In this document: positions 1 to 11,634 of the stretch, piece after piece
How the letters are laid out: every line of letters begins with the position of its first letter
Position numbering within the stretch: position 1 is the first letter of the stretch
NCBI GenBank assembly: GCA_002269645.1
Contig: NIVC01002876.1
Span: 62,001-126,000, forward strand
Length of the DNA stretch: 64,000 nt
From: Macrostomum lignano
Lineage: Eukaryota
Reading direction: 5' to 3'
The notes under the pieces: model-generated
What the model saw: only the letters and a program-made list of their open reading frames with translations
Told to the model about the DNA's origin: nothing
Database searches by the model: none
Position numbers and translations under genes: made by a program

Positions 1-62
1 CGCTGGTTGAACATCGCAGGGAAAATGACGAGAAGGCGAGGCACAGAGCAACTTGCACTTCG

Positions 63-297
63 GCGCATTTGAAGGCTGCGTACGGCTGTTCAGTCCAAGG
101 ACTGGGGGTCGCCACACACCCTCAAATACCCCAGCTAATGCTGGCACCCATTTTACAGCTGGGTGAACTGAAGCAATGCAGAGTTAAGTGTCTTGCTCAA
201 GGAAACAAATTATTCAGAGTGGGTCGAGAATCGAACCCCCGACCACTAGGCAACAACGGCCCTCGTAGTAACGCTAACCTGATTAAGCTATCCATCC
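63..297 (-). mobile_element. tRNA-derived CORE-type SINE (family A), copy 1
   Basis: The minus strand has a tRNA-like head with A box (TAGCTTAATCAGG) and B box (GGTTCGATTC). It continues into CCTTGAGCAAGACACTTAACTCTGCATTGCTTCAGTTCACCCAGCTGTAAAATGGG, which aligns by eye to the MIR/CORE consensus (ccttgggcaagtcacttaacctctctg..cctcagtttcctcatctgtaaaatggg). The body is near-identical to copies at ~14150 and ~41290. Confidence 0.8.
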
Positions 298-842
298 CTT
301 TCATTAAAAAGCAAAGCAAAATGACCAGATTAAATTCCATTTTGAAAGCCAAAGAAACAAAGCAAACAACAAGAAACCGCAAAAACAAAGTTAGAAAAAA
401 ATCAATAGCAGCGAAGAAGAAGAAAGAAGAACAAAGAAGAAATTTTTAAACGTCATTTGAATTTGAATTGAAGTCAATAAAATTGTTCAAGTGTCAACCA
501 ATTCTCGCCGCAGGCACCAGAGACAAAAAATATGATTATCATATTCTCAGCTTCAAACAATTTCAAACCAACTCATGTTCTCATTGTTGCATAAGTCAGT
601 CAACTCAAAGTTAAAAAATCTTATTCTGAAGGCACAGAGTATCAGCTTACTACGCCTAGCAACCTCGGGATTTGATAATAAGCATTGCTAAGGTATGCCG
701 ATTTATGCGGGTCGTTAAGCGATTTCAGGATCTCTGGCGGATTTGAAGTGGATCTCAAGGGAATGAATTCAAGGCTGTTTTACGGGGGCGATTAGAGCCG
801 ATATTTAGAGTAAGGTGGATTCGAGGCGCATTTTCATGCGGG

Positions 843-3290
843 TGGATTTGAGATGGTTTTCATGGGGGGATTTGAGATGGTTTCATGGGGGGGATTTGAG
901 ATGGTTTTCATGGGAGATTTGAGATGGTTTTCATGGGGGGATTTGAGATGGTTTCATGGGAGATTTGAGATGGTTTCATGGGGGGATTTGAGATGGTTTC
1001 ATGGGGTGGATTTGAGATGGTTTTCATGGGGGGATTTGAGATGGTTTCATGGGAGGATTTGAGATGGTTTCATGGGGGGATTTGAGATGGTTTTCATGGG
1101 GGGATTTGAGATGGTTTCATGGGTGGATTTGAGATGGTTTTCATGGGGGGATTTGAGATGGTTTCATGGGAGGATTTGAGATGGTTTCATGGGGGGATTT
1201 GAGATGGTTTTCATGGGGGGATTTGAGATGGTTTCATGGGGGGATTTGAGATGGTTTCATGCGGGTGGATTTGAGATGGTTTTCATGGGGGGATTTGAGA
1301 TGGTTTCATGGGGGGATTTGAGATGGTTTTCATGCGGGTGGATTTGAGATGGTTTTCATGGGGGGATTTGAGATGGTTTCATGCGGGTGGATTTGAGATG
1401 GTTTTCATGCGGGTGAATTTGAGATGGTTTTCATGGGGGGATTTGAGATGGTTTCATGCGGGTGGATTTGAGATGGTTTTCATGCGGGTGAATTTGAGAT
1501 GGTTTTCATGGGGGGATTTGAGATGGTTTCATGGGGTGGATTTGAGATGGTTTTCATGCGGGTGAATTTGAGATGGTTTTCATGGGGGGATTTGAGATGG
1601 TTTCATGCGGGTGGATTTGAGATGGTTTTCATGCGGGTGGATTTGAGATGGTTTCATGGGGGGATTTGAGATGGTTTCATGGGGTGGATTTGAGATGGTT
1701 TTCATGCGGGTGAATTTGAGATGGTTTTCATGGGGGGATTTGAGATGGTTTCATGGGGGGATTTGAGATGGTTTCATGCGGGTGGATTTGAGATGGTTTT
1801 CATGCGGGTGGATTTGAGATGGTTTCATGGGGGATTTGAGATGGTTTTCATGCGGGTGGATTTGAGATGGTTTCATGGGAGGATTTGAGATGGTTTTCAT
1901 GGGAGATTTGAGATGGTTGTCATGGGGGGTTTGAGATGGTTTCATGGGGAGGATTTGAGATGGTTTCATGGGGGGATTTGAGATGGTTTCATGCGGGTGG
2001 ATTTGAGATGGTTTCATGGGGAGGATTTGAGATGGTTTCATGGGGGATTTGAGATGGTTTCATGGGGAGGATTTGAGATGGTTTCATGGGGGATTTGAGA
2101 TGGTTTCATGGGGGATTTGAGATGGATTCCAGGGGGGATTTGAGATGGTTTCATGGGACGATTTGAGATGGTTTCATGCGGGTGGATTTGAGATGGTTTC
2201 ATGGGGTGGATTTGAGATGGTTTCATGGGGTGGATTTGAGATGGTTTCATGGGGTGGATTTGAGATGGTTTCATGGGGGGATTTGAGATGGTTTCATGGG
2301 GTGGATTTGAGATGGTTTCATGGGGGGATTTGAGATGGTTTCATGGGGTGGATTTGAGATGGTTTCATGGGGGGATTTGAGATGGTTTCATGGGGGATTT
2401 GAGATGGTTTCATGGGGGATTTGAGATGGTTTCATGGGGGGATTTGAGATGGTTTCATGGGGTGGATTTGAGATGGTTTCATGGGGTGGATTTGAGATGG
2501 TTTCATGGGGTGGATTTGAGATGGTTTCATGGGGGGGATTTGAGATGGTTTCATGGGGGATTTGAGATGGTTTCATGGGGGGATTTGAGATGGTTTCATG
2601 GGGGGATTTGAGATGGTTTCATGGGGGATTTGAGATGGTTTCATGGGTGGATTTGAGATGGTTTCATGGGGTGGATTTGAGATGGTTTCATGGGGGGATT
2701 TGAGATGGTTTCATGGGGTGGATTTGAGATGGTTTCATGGGGGGGATTTGAGATGGTTTCATGGGGGGATTTGAGATGGTTTCATGCGGGTGGATTTGAG
2801 ATGGTTTTCATGCGGGTGGATTTGAGATGGTTTCATGGGAGATTTGAGATGGTTTCATGGGGGGATTTGAGATGGTTTCATGGGGTGGATTTGAGATGGT
2901 TTCATGGGGGATTTGAGATGGTTTCATGGGGGGATTTGAGATGGTTTCATGGGGTGGATTTGAGATGGTTTCATGGGGGGATTTGAGATGGTTTCATGGG
3001 GGGATTTGAGATGGTTTCATGGGGGGATTTGAGATGGTTTCATGGGGTGGATTTGAGATGGTTTCATGGGGTGGATTTGAGATGGTTTCATGGGGGGGAT
3101 TTGAGATGGTTTCATGGGGGGGATTTGAGATGGTTTCCATGGAGGATTTGAGATGGATTCCAGGGGGGATTTAAGATGGTTTCATGGGGGGGATTTGAGA
3201 TGGTTTCCATGGAGGATTTGAGATGGATTCCAGGGGGGATTTAAGATGGTTTCATGTGGGGGATTTGAGATGGTTTTCATGGGGGGGGGG
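843..3290. repeat. Minisatellite, 22-25 bp unit (GGATTTGAGATGGTTTCATGGGG[G/T])
   Basis: About 2.4 kb of direct tandem repeats starting ~100 bp past the raw stop codon. All ORFs over it are repeat translations. Confidence 0.97.
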
Positions 3291-3391
3291 CGATGTGAGG
3301 CGGATCCAGGATAGTGTAAAAGAACGGTTCGAGTTGACTATAGAACTAAAAGACTGAAGCCGGTTATAACAACACTAATAAGATAGTTAAA

Positions 3392-6300
3392 TCAGGAAAC
3401 CCCTCGCAGCTGCGTGACCAAACCGATGACTTTGTCGACTGCCTCCTCAGGGCTGGCCAGCACCGGCACGTTGGCCCGATTGGCCACGTCCAGCAGGTAC
3501 AGCCGGCCCCGATTGTAGTCCTTGACGGCGTCCGCCGACAGGTCGCAGCCGTCCCCGTCGCCGCCGCCGCCGCCGGCCGGGTACAGCTGCACGTGCAGCA
3601 CGACTCGCCCGCAGCGGCCGATAAAGTGAGCGGCCTCGAGCATCGCCGCGGTTGACCAGGAGTCGCAGGTGATTACAAATAGCAGCACAAGGCTCTGGTC
3701 GCGGGCGCCGGATTCGTAGGATAGAAACCGGGACGACCAGTTTGACACCTGGATTCGGTTGAGCAGGGAACAGAGTAAGTCCCCGCAGTTACCTTGAGAG
3801 TATTTGCTTTGAAACTCACTACTAAATTTAATATTTATCACCAGAATCTCCAATTCCTCATAACCAGAATCTTCTATTCCTCATCACCAGAATCTCCCAT
3901 TTTTCATAAGCAGAACCTCCCATTCCTCATAACCAGAATCTCCCATTCCTCATCACCAGAATCTCCCACTCCCCATTACCAGAATCTCCCATTCCTCATA
4001 ACCAGAATCTCCCGTTCCTCATCATCAGAATCTCCCATTCCTCATAACCAGAATCTTCCATTCCCCATCACCAGAATCTCCCATTCCTCATAACCAGAAT
4101 CTCCCATTCCCCATCACCAGAATCTTCCATTCCCCATCACCAGAATCTCCCATTCCTCATCACCAAAATCTTCCATTCCCCATCACCAGAATCTCCCATT
4201 CCTCATCACCAGAATCTCCCATTCCCCATCACCAGAATCTCCCATTCCTCATCACCAGAATCTCCCATTCCCCATCACCAGAATCTCCCATTCCTCATAA
4301 CCAGAATCTCCCATTCCTCATAACTAGAATCTCTCATTCCTCATCACCATAATCTCCCATTCCTCATAACCAGAATCTCCCATTCCCCATCACCAGAATC
4401 TCCCATTCCCATCACCAGAATCTCCCATTCCCCATCACCAGAATCTCCCATTCCCATCACCAGAATTGCTGATTGAATCGCCCCTCACCTGGGGATTATA
4501 ATAGGAGATGCCGGCAGCCTGCAGCCTGGGTATCGCCGCATCGTCACGCCAGCGGCTCCGGCCGCACGTGCCGCCCAAGAAGACGTCATAGATTGGCGCG
4601 GCCGCCGACAGGGCAGACGCCGGTCCAGTTAAAAGCCGCTTAGCAAACGCCAGCGGCCAGGCCAGCGCAGACCAGAGCCAGTCGGTCCAGTCCTCGCGGC
4701 CGGACTCGCTAGAGTACAACAGACACAGGTCGGCAAAGCTCACAGCCTGGCCAGGCTCGGGCAGCACCGACATGTCGAAACTGTCGCAGTCGTTGCGCCG
4801 ACGCCCAATAACGCCGCCGCCGACGCCGCCGCTCATTGTCTCCAGGATGAGGCCGGCTGCGTCAGCCGAGATGCGGCCAGTCCGGCCAGTGTCGTGACAG
4901 CGGAACAGCTCCCAGAGCAGGGTGAGGGTGCGGCTGACCGGAGCGGCCGAGTCCCACACTGGGCTGACGCCGTCATCTGGTGACAGCTTGGTTACCGACT
5001 GCCTCTGTTGAATGAGCGCGAAGTTATGGGGAGTGCGGAATGTTAACCAGAATCTATAGATATATTGATTGTGAATTCATCGATTTTTCATTTTCTAATT
5101 TTCTAATCGTGGTCTCTAATCCCCTAATTGTGGTCTCTAATTCACTAATTGAGGTTTCTAATCCCTAATTGTGGACTCTAACCCCCCATTTTGATTTCTA
5201 ATCCACTCATTGTGGTTTCTAATCCCCTAATTGTGAACTATAAATCCCAAATTGTGGTTTCTAATCCTCTAACTGTGGCTTCTAATTCCCTAATTTTGCA
5301 CTCTAATCCCCCTAATTGTGGCTTCTAATCACCTAATTTTGCACTCTAATCCCCTAATTGTAGTATCTAATTCCCTAATCCTGACCTCTAAGCCCTTGAT
5401 TGTGGCCTCTAATCCCGTAATTGTGGTCTCTAATTCCCTAATAGTCCGTTTTTCATCAGATCCCAACTATCGGCTATTTTTTCAAATCCCCTAATTATGA
5501 ACTCTTTTACAGGGTCCCCAGATTTCAGATCAGATTCCGAGACTTGTTGCTTCAGACACTTGAGCAAAAAAACTTACAGGCTTCTTAAATCCCTCTCACC
5601 TGTTTGACAAGAGTTTTGACAGCCTGCAGCGCGGCTGGCAAGCTGTCAAACACGGGAATTTGACAGCGCTCAACCAGATCGATGAGGAATAGGAGACTGC
5701 GATGGATCGACTCCTGCTCCCTGTTTTAAATAAAAGTTGCATTTATGACATTTGCAATATCGCTGAAAATTCATGACTCAGATGTACTCAACACCCATCA
5801 ACCATCGACCAAGATTTACCATCGGCAATTGGCAATGCGGCTCTTGCCAGTGGTGCAGGCGTCCGGTATAACCAGCACCAGGTTGCGGCCTTGGCCAGCT
5901 AAGTAGGCCGACTCAACAATAGAGGCGATGCCCCTGGTGCGCGGGTCCAGCACAAACAGAAGCACAGAGGCGTTGTCCTTGGCTGTGTTCTCAATGTCGA
6001 TCAGTTGCGGATACCACGAGTCCACTTGCTGCGAGATTTAGGGGGGTGGATGGCTTTAGGGATCGAAATTACAAAGTTTAAAGTAGCTTCTGTACTTTAA
6101 AGGTTAGGGAATTGGCTAGCTATCGAGTTAATTATAAAGCCATGTACGAATCGGTACGATTATTATGCGACAGTCATGCAGGTGATGTCCATTTGAAGGT
6201 CACGAGATGGTAAAGGTGACGACCATTTGGAGGTCACGATATGGTTAAGGTGATGACTATTTGAAGGTCCCGATATGGTTAAGGTGATGACCATTTGGAG

Positions 6301-8052
6301 GTCACGATATGGTTAAGGTGATGACCATTTGGAGGTCACGATATGGTTAAGGTGATGACCATTTGGAGGTCACGATATGGTTAAGGTGATGACCATTTGG
6401 AGGTCACAAGATTGAAATTGGAGGTGATCGATGCTTGCGTAACAGAACAGAAATATTGGGGTCATAAAGATGATTGGTTGAAAGTCATTTGAAGGTCCCG
6501 AGTCGGTTATTGACGCTAATTTCACAATAAAGATCTTTTGTTTACCAAGACCAGACACAGAAGCCAGAGACTCACCGGGTTATAAAAGCTTATCCGCTCT
6601 TTGACTAGAAACGGCACGGCGGTGTCGCTGCGCCACGTGGTCGGATTGCAGGCTCCGCCTAGAAACACGGAGCAGCGCGGCTCGTCGCTTAGCAACGGCC
6701 TGCCGCCGCCGCCGCCACCAACGACGACAACTCCGCGCCGTAGACTGGGACGGCGCCATCTGCCGAAGCCGACACCGACGCTAGATCTTCGACGATAAGC
6801 GACGCTTGGACCCCCGGCCGGGGCCGATGCGCCGATGCTGAAGCGACTTTTCTTGCGACGATTTTTCAGACAGCCGACCAGCACGCAGAATAGCTCGAAT
6901 GAGAAGCCGCCGCCAAGTCCGCAGCCGTTGGTCCGACTTTGCCGGCTCCTGCTGGCTCGGAGTGCCGCTTTCAGGCTGGCCGGGAAATCGCTGCACTGCA
7001 GCTCCAGTACTGTGGGGGGCGGTATGTTTGAGTTTAATTTAAAATGAATTTTAAATACGAGGTCATGGCAAAAACGTGAATATAAGAATCTCGTTCACGT
7101 TTTTCATGAATTTTTTTCTCGCTTGGGATCAGATTGGCTTTTGTCAGTTATCGTGACGCTAGTCCGTAAAGAGGCAAGCAGTCATGCTTATTCCGATGAA
7201 GCTTTCAGCACGCAGGGGTACACGCTCACACTCACACACGCTTATATACACACACTCTCTCATATACGTTTACACACGCTGAAACTCGCTCAAACCCGCT
7301 CACACACGTTCACACACGCTCACACATGCTCATACACGGTCATTCACGCTCACACACGCTCATACATGTTCAGAACGCTCATACACGCTCACACAATCAC
7401 ACACGCTCACACATGCTCATACACGGTCATTCACGCTCACACACGCTCATACACGCTCACACAATCACACACGCTCACACATGCTCATACACGGTCATTC
7501 ACGCTCACACACGCTCATACACGCTCACACGCTCATACATGTTCGGAACGCTCATACAATCACACACGCTCACACATGCTCATACACGGTCATTCACGCT
7601 CACACACGCTCATACATGTTCAGAACGCTCATACACGCTCACACAGAATCACACACGCTCACACTCTCACACACGCTCACACTCACACACGCTCACACTC
7701 TCACACACGCTCACTCTCACACACGCTCACACACTTTCACACACACTTTGTGTACAAAAGTACAGCAAAATTAGCAAATTTGGGACACTCACTCTGCGAC
7801 CTGCTAGGATAGATGCCAAACCGATGGGCAGCCTTTTGAATTCGTTGCACCAGAGGGCCGCCTCGGTCTGTCCGGGCCGCGCTGTCCAATTCGTAGCGAT
7901 CGAATGCCGCCCTGAGCTGCCTGGCGAGTTTATTTTAGTGTGTTGGTTTTTTTAAACTACTTAGCTCGTATATGAATCAATAAATCAGTAGCTAAGTACG
8001 AATATAACATCAAGAAGTTATTCTATTCTTACTGTAAAAACTTCGATTTCAT
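3392..8052 (-). CDS. raw: Raw-like protein with two nucleoside 2-deoxyribosyltransferase-like (Nuc_deoxyri_tr2) domains and degenerate EF-hand-like segments; ~594 aa
   Basis: Minus-strand exons: 8052-8033 (tentative first exon), 7920-7793, 7009-6576, 6028-5820, 5720-5600, 5004-4489, 3748-3392. All introns are GT-AG and phases are consistent. The raw signature occurs twice: VFLGGACNPTTWR..VPFL..ISFYNPQVDSW..E..AK..A.VLLFVLD and VFLGGTCGRSRWR..AIPRL...GISYYNPQVSNW. Confidence 0.85.
3836..4465. repeat. Intronic minisatellite, 23 bp (ACCAGAATCTCCCATTCCTCATA)
   Basis: Tandem array filling most of raw intron 3749-4488, starting ~23 nt from the donor. Confidence 0.95.
5090..5445. repeat. Degenerate intronic minisatellite, ~21-22 bp (CTAATCCCCTAATTGTGGTCT)
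   Basis: Diverged tandem copies within raw intron 5005-5599. Confidence 0.85.
6180..6410. repeat. Intronic minisatellite, 34 bp (GGTGATGACCATTTGGAGGTCACGATATGGTTAA)
   Basis: About 6 copies in raw intron 6029-6575. Confidence 0.92.
7220..7745. repeat. CA-rich compound repeat (CACACGCT-based)
   Basis: Low-complexity array with higher-order units in raw intron 7010-7792. Confidence 0.92.
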
Positions 8053-8324
8053 CAATTGACACAGTCAATTGGCAATAAAGTGGGCAATTAGGTCCGTAGC
8101 TACTTTTAAAACTTTAAAACAGTTTTAATTAACAAGCTAGGCGCAGTATAAGTGCACCGCTTGTTGACAGCGCGCCTGTCTCTGACATACAGTGCTGACA
8201 GTGGGCTTTTATAACAGAACTGAAAGTTTACGAATAAATAATTAAAAGGAATTGATGCATAATTAGAATAAATAATTAAAAGGAATTGATGTATAATTAG
8301 CTAACCTTATCATTTTGGTTTGAT

Positions 8325-10858
8325 TGGGAGGTGGAGGACCTGGGAGAGTGGTGGAGGATCTGGGAGGGTGGTGGAGGACCTGGGAGGGTGGTGGAGGATC
8401 TGGTAGGGTGGTGAAGGATCTGGGAGGGTGGTGAAGGATCTGGGAGGGTGGTGAAGGATCTGGGAGGGTGGTGAAGGATCTGGGAGGGTGGTGAAGGATC
8501 TGGGAGGGTGGTGAAGGATCTGGGAGGGTGGTGGAGGATCTGGGAGGGTGGTGGAGGACCTGGGAGGGTGGTGGAGGATCTGGTAGGGTGGTGAAGGATC
8601 TGGGAGGGTGGTGAAGGATCTGGGAGGGTGGTGAAGGATCTGGGAGGGTGGTGAAGGATCTGGGAGGGTGGTGAAGGATCTGGGAGGGTGGTGAAGGATC
8701 TGGTAAGGTGGTGAAGGATCTGGGGTGGTGGAGGATCTGCAAAGGTGATGGAGGATTTGGGAGGGTAGTGAAGGATCTGGTAGGGTGGTGAAGGATCTGG
8801 GAGGGTAGTGAAGGATCTGGGAGGGTGGTGGAGGATCTGCAAAGGTGATGGAGGATCTGGGAGGGTAGTGAAGGATCTGGTAGGGTGGTGAAGGATCTGG
8901 GAGGGTAGTGAAGGATCTGGTAGGGTGGTGAAGGATCTGGGAGGGTGGTGGAGGATCTGCAAAGGTGATGGAGGATCTGGGAGGGTAGTGAAGGATCTGG
9001 TAGGGTGGTGAAGGATCTGGGAGGGTGGTGGAGGATCTGCAAAGGTGATGGAGGATCTGGGAGGGTAGTGAAGGATCTGGTAGGGTGGTGAAGGATCTGG
9101 GAGGGTAGTGAAGGATCTGGGAGGGTGGTGGAGGATCTGCAAAGGTGATGGAGGATCTGGGAGGGTAGTGAAGGATCTGGTAGGGTGGTGAAGGATCTGG
9201 GAGGGTAGTGAAGGATCTGGTAGGGTGGTGAAGGATCTGGGAGGGTGGTGGAGGATCTGCAAAGGTGATGGAGGATCTGGGAGGGTAGTGAAGGATCTGG
9301 GAGGGTCGTGAAGGATCTGGTAGGGTGGTGGAGGATCTGGGAGGGTGGTGGAGGATCTGCAAAGGTGATGAAGGATCTGGGAGGGTAGTGAAGGATCTGG
9401 GAGGGTAGTGAAGGATCTGGTAGGGTCGTGAAGGATCTGGTAGGGTGGTGGAGGATCTGGGAGGGTGGTGGAGGATCTGCAAAGGTGATGGAGGATCTGG
9501 GAGGGTAGTGAAGGATCTGGTAGGGTGGTGAAGGATCTGGGAGGGTAGTGAAGGATCTGGTAGGGTGGTGAAGGATCTGGGAGGGTGGTGGAGGATCTGC
9601 AAAGGTGATGGAGGATCTGGGAGGGTAGTGAAGGATCTGGGAGGGTCGTGAAGGATCTGGTAGGGTGGTGGAGGATCTGGGAGGGTGGTGGAGGATCTGC
9701 AAAGGTGATGAAGGATCTGGGAGGGTAGTGAAGGATCTGGGAGGGTAGTGAAGGATCTGGGAGGGTCGTGAAGGATCTGGTAGGGTGGTGGAGGATCTGG
9801 GAGGGTGGTGAAGGATCTGGGAGGGTGGTGAAGGATCTGGGAGGGTGGTGAAGGATCTGGGAGGGTGGTGGAGGATCTGGGAGGGTGGTGGAGGACCTGG
9901 GAGGGTGGTGGAGGATCTGGTAGGGTGGTGAAGGATCTGGGAGGGTGGTGAAGGATCTGGGAGGGTGGTGAAGGATCTGGGAGGGTGGTGAAGGATCTGG
10001 GAGGGTGGTGAAGGATCTGGGAGGGTGGTGAAGGATCTGGTAAGGTGGTGAAGGATCTGGGGTGGTGGAGGATCTGCAAAGGTGATGGAGGATTTGGGAG
10101 GGTAGTGAAGGATCTGGTAGGGTGGTGAAGGATCTGGGAGGGTAGTGAAGGATCTGGGAGGGTGGTGGAGGATCTGCAAAGGTGATGGAGGATCTGGGAG
10201 GGTAGTGAAGGATCTGGTAGGGTGGTGAAGGATCTGGGAGGGTAGTGAAGGATCTGGTAGGGTGGTGAAGGATCTGGGAGGGTGGTGGAGGATCTGCAAA
10301 GGTGATGGAGGATCTGGGAGGGTAGTGAAGGATCTGGGAGGGTCGTGAAGGATCTGGTAGGGTGGTGGAGGATCTGGGAGGGTGGTGGAGGATCTGCAAA
10401 GGTGATGAAGGATCTGGGAGGGTAGTGAAGGATCTGGGAGGGTAGTGAAGGATCTGGTAGGGTCGTGAAGGATCTGGTAGGGTGGTGGAGGATCTGGGAG
10501 GGTGGTGGAGGATCTGCAAAGGTGATGGAGGATCTGGGAGGGTAGTGAAGGATCTGGGAGGGTAGTGAAGGATCTGGGAGGGTCGTGAAGGATCTGGTAG
10601 GGTGGTGGAGGATCTGGGAGGGTGGTGGAGGATCTGCAAAGGTGATGGAGGATCTGGGAGGGTAGTGAAGGATCTGGGAGGGTAGTGAAGGATCTGGTAG
10701 GGTCGTGAAGGATCTGGGAGGGTGGTGGAGGATCTGGGAGGGTGGTGGAGGATCTGCAAAGGTGATGGAGGATCTGGGAGGGTAGTGAAGGATCTGGGAG
10801 GGTAGTGAAGGATCTGGGAGGGTAGTGAAGGATCTGGGAGGGTCGTGAAGGATCTGGT
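8325..10858. repeat. Minisatellite, 20 bp (TGGGAGGGTGGTGAAGGATC) with higher-order structure
   Basis: A 2.5-kb array with an exact 20-bp period. Variant units recur in blocks; a rare variant occurs at 8701 and again at ~10038. Confidence 0.97.
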
Positions 10859-11634
10859 CCTTCACTTAGCCAGCACTTAACTACTATTCGCTAAAAATTC
10901 ACATATTTCTAATAAGCTAAATCTCTTTGCACAGAGACACACCCAGAAAAGAGATAGGCAGACACAGTGAATTGAAGCAAAATGTATTATTTCAGAAAAT
11001 AGAACGTTGTTTTGTTAAAAGAACTTGCGCCTCTTCGCAGTTTATTTTATAGCGAATCAATAGTGTATATAAAAAACAGTATAGTTATTGAACAAGGCTT
11101 AAGAAATAGTGTACATAAAAATCAAATCAATAAACTCTTTTTTCAGAGGCGGCACACATTGTATTTTACACTAGTAGTATTTATCACAGAAGGAATTTAG
11201 GACGGAACCGCAAAATATATTACTACTAGTAGATCAAACGAGGCGGAAAACCAAATAGGAAGGGAAGTTTAAGTAAGGTAGCCGAATAAAGAGTTGGAGT
11301 GAGAAGAATAGAGAAATAAAAAAGTTTTGCTACAGCTTTTAAAGTACACACAGTGAATTTCTCCAATCAGTTGCATACTCAATGGACCTCTCCCTTTTGG
11401 CCATAGACTATGAAGAGCAAGTCTTAAAAACAGCTTGATTCTCCTACTACTAAGATTGCCTACTGAACAGTAGCAAGTAAAGAATATAAAGCTAATTTCT
11501 TTTAGTGTGTTAAAAGTTCAACTCACGCGAACTTTCCCAGTGCTTGAAGTGCGTTTAACAATGAAAATCCTTAACTATAGCATAATTTTAGTCTCAATAA
11601 AACATCCCAGTCGAGATTCCTCCAGTTTCTCTAT

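Noticed and set aside
69-449. ORFs at 69-449 and 41246-41458 with shared peptide (AAYGCSVQGLG...)
   Set aside because: The similarity reflects two copies of the same SINE, not a gene family.
8263-10865. Three ORFs of 678-851 aa
   Set aside because: They are translations of a stop-free 20-bp tandem repeat, open in all three frames.
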